Shown here piece after piece: positions 61,945-64,000 of a DNA stretch of 64,000 nucleotides (positions are counted from its first letter, which is position 1; every line of letters starts with the position of its first letter). The translations under genes and the position numbers were made by a program. The DNA comes from Guillardia theta CCMP2712 (taxonomy: Eukaryota; Protista; Cryptophyta). Below the pieces are notes generated by a model that saw only the letters and a program-made list of their open reading frames with translations, had not been told where the DNA came from and made no database searches. The stretch is taken from assembly GCF_000315625.1 (NCBI RefSeq), contig NW_005434673.1:763023-827022 (forward strand), in the 5' to 3' direction.

Positions 61945-64000
61945 ATGGCGATGCAGCCAGCGGCAGCGTCGCACTTCGCTCCCCTGCTGCGGCTGCTGGA
62001 GACGGCGAACTCCAATGCCTCTGCTGCTATTAAAGTCACTTCCGCCGACCCCTTCAGCTACGAGTACCCTCTTCTCGTTCGAAACTCAGCCGCCACGAAG
62101 GCCACTGTTGGGCTTATGCTCAAGGTATGGATTGCTCTCACCGTCTTTCTCGCTTCCTCACCCGCAGTAGATCGTCCTGGCATGGTCTGAAAGTTCTTTC
62201 AGGGAACAGTCATCGACAACATCATGATTGGCGGTCCAGGCATGAACTGCAGGAAACTTGCCATCGGCGATGAGATCCTCAAGGTTGAAGAGTCGCCTTC
62301 GAAGCCTGGCAGCCGGCTGATGTCCTCCCTCAGGTCGACGGCATTGTGGCAGATGTTGACAACGTGGTGGATCTCTTGGTCGGAACAGACGTCCCCGACA
62401 GTCCTGTGAACCTTCTCATTCGCAAGAAGGTGAAGCGATAGCGGCATCCACGTCCTTTAACTCATTTCCGTCAGAACGGCACGCTGGAGGATATCAGTAT
62501 CATCAGGATGGCAACTTCCAGGATCGCAGACAGGAGGCAGATGTTTGAGTACTTCACTCACATCAAGGACATCGCCGTTAAGGTCAGCGACACGAGGACA
62601 GCGGAGCTCGTGGATGCCACTGTGGACCTTTGGAGCAAGATGCTACTTGCGCAGGAAGATTACAACAGCACGTAAGGCGGCAGCACTCCATGACATCATG
62701 ACATGCCGATGACCGCTTCATGCATGCAGGGTGGTGACGAATGTGAGACAGATGCAGCTCAACATCGAGATGCTCTTGAAAGAACTCGTCGCTGCGCTGG
62801 AGGACCTGTTTGCGAAAGCGAGGGATGAGAAAGAGTATTTCTATCGGGTCTGTGCAGACCTCTTGTGGTAGATTCTCACCCGGTCGAGCAGGAGGAAACA
62901 GATTTCTATCAGATGATCTCCGAGCTGAAGCAAAGAATCATCGTCGTCGAGGCCGAAAGAGACGAGGTGGAGGCGGAAACGGCAGCAGTTCTCTTATTCG
63001 TATGACGCCACGTAGGCCATCTACAAACACAAGCCTTGCGAGCTCAATATCCAGACTCTGCAACGAAGGGTTCAAGCCCTGGAGGAGCAGCTCGACAAGG
63101 TTGTGTTTGAGATGTCATCGTGGTCTGTTGGGGTAATGATCGACTCCGAAGGCAATCAAAGATCATCTGCCTTGCGATAGCAAGATCCACGACTTGAAGT
63201 CGCAGTTGATCCGTCTTGAGAGTGACTTGGACCAGGTGAAGCTGGTCCTGCAGTTTTCTCTCGTCTCGGTGTTGGATGAGGGGATGAGGATGGGAACGAG
63301 GATGCAGTATAAAGGGCATGGGCCTGTAGGTGGACGAGAGGGGGCAGTACACTTTGAGGCAGCAAGTTTGACATGCCAAGATTGACATGCGCTTGTCCTC
63401 AGGCTGTGCACGTTCATCAGCCTTGTGCTGTGACGATCGAGAATCTCAAGACTCAGCTGAAGAACACGGAGGAGGATCGAGACTTGGTACCTCCTTCCTC
63501 TCCCGTTCTAGCATGACTCACATGGAACCCAGTGGATGAGAAAGCACAGCCCCTGCGACGACCTCATCGAATCGCTCAGGAGGGAGAACAAGCGGCTCGA
63601 GATGGAGCTGCGGAGGGTCTCTGACGACCATGCGCAATGCCCGGACCAGATCAACAACCTCAACAACAAGATCATGTTGCTCACAGCTGAGAAAGCAACG
63701 TTGGAGAAGGAGTTTCGCAAGTTGCAGGAGGAGCACGCCAACTGCCTGAAGCGCCCGGTGAAGCTCGCCGCTGCTATGCCGACCATCTGCGGGGTGGGTC
63801 TTCGTGTCGCCCAGCAGGACCACGGAGAGGTCTACATCTCCGAGATCATCCTGCATGGCTCGTGCTGGTGGATGAACAACAAGGGAGGGGACGTGAAGAA
63901 CTCCTGCCAGGTGACGAGAGGGAGTAGGAAGGGAGAGGCGGAAAAGGGATTGAATGATTTCCTTGTACAACAGGAGGGTGATATTCTGCTCTCCGTCGAC
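61945..64000 (+). CDS. PDZ + coiled-coil + PDZ protein (runs off the window)
   Basis: TVGLMLK|GTVIDNIMIGGPG....LAIGDEILK|VDG, a coiled-coil middle region, then CGVGLRVAQ..VYISEII..GS....|EGDILLSVD. Confidence 0.8.

Noticed and set aside
1-64000. Transposons, tRNA, rRNA, telomeric repeats or an alternative genetic code
   Set aside because: No RT, transposase or integrase motifs, terminal repeats, cloverleafs or telomere arrays were seen. The in-frame stops I examined fall within plausible short introns, apart from SMG1 39388.

Overview
Eukaryotic nuclear DNA, gene-dense, with many very short (about 45-55 nt) GT/GC-AG introns, microsatellite-filled introns and one 100-N scaffold gap. This style, together with bipartite targeting peptides and expanded PDZ, glycosyltransferase and surface-repeat families, suggests a cryptophyte alga such as Guillardia theta (inference). 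About 26 protein genes could be assembled by eye. Recognisable ones are BCCIP/Bcp1, a PARL-like rhomboid, a six-BRCT scaffold, a DEAD-box helicase, WDR4/Trm82, dPGM (gpmA), three glycosyl/fucosyltransferase-like genes, DASH subunit Dad1, an ABM-barrel protein, SMG1 kinase, a Cdc1/MPPE1 metallophosphoesterase, and SAM, EF-hand and PDZ proteins. Most notable observations: (1) a spliced CPI-17/PPP1R14-like PP1 inhibitor outside animals; (2) an ERp29-C-terminal-like helical domain inserted inside Cdc1/MPPE1 and bracketed by a duplicated PTCSA peptide; (3) a 31-bp-phased CCAAT-box array with a cluster of Myb/MSA sites upstream of the mitotic gene Dad1; (4) a recurring two-block intergenic architecture (CCGG/TCACTGAG island, then a G/C-run block with GGGGTAC); (5) an apparent frameshift with an AUGA stop-start in SMG1; (6) a GC-rich repeat cassette with a 368-bp near-perfect duplication in a surface protein; (7) an unannotated 41-aa membrane microprotein. 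Exon boundaries were called by eye and family assignments come from remembered motifs; no searches were run.
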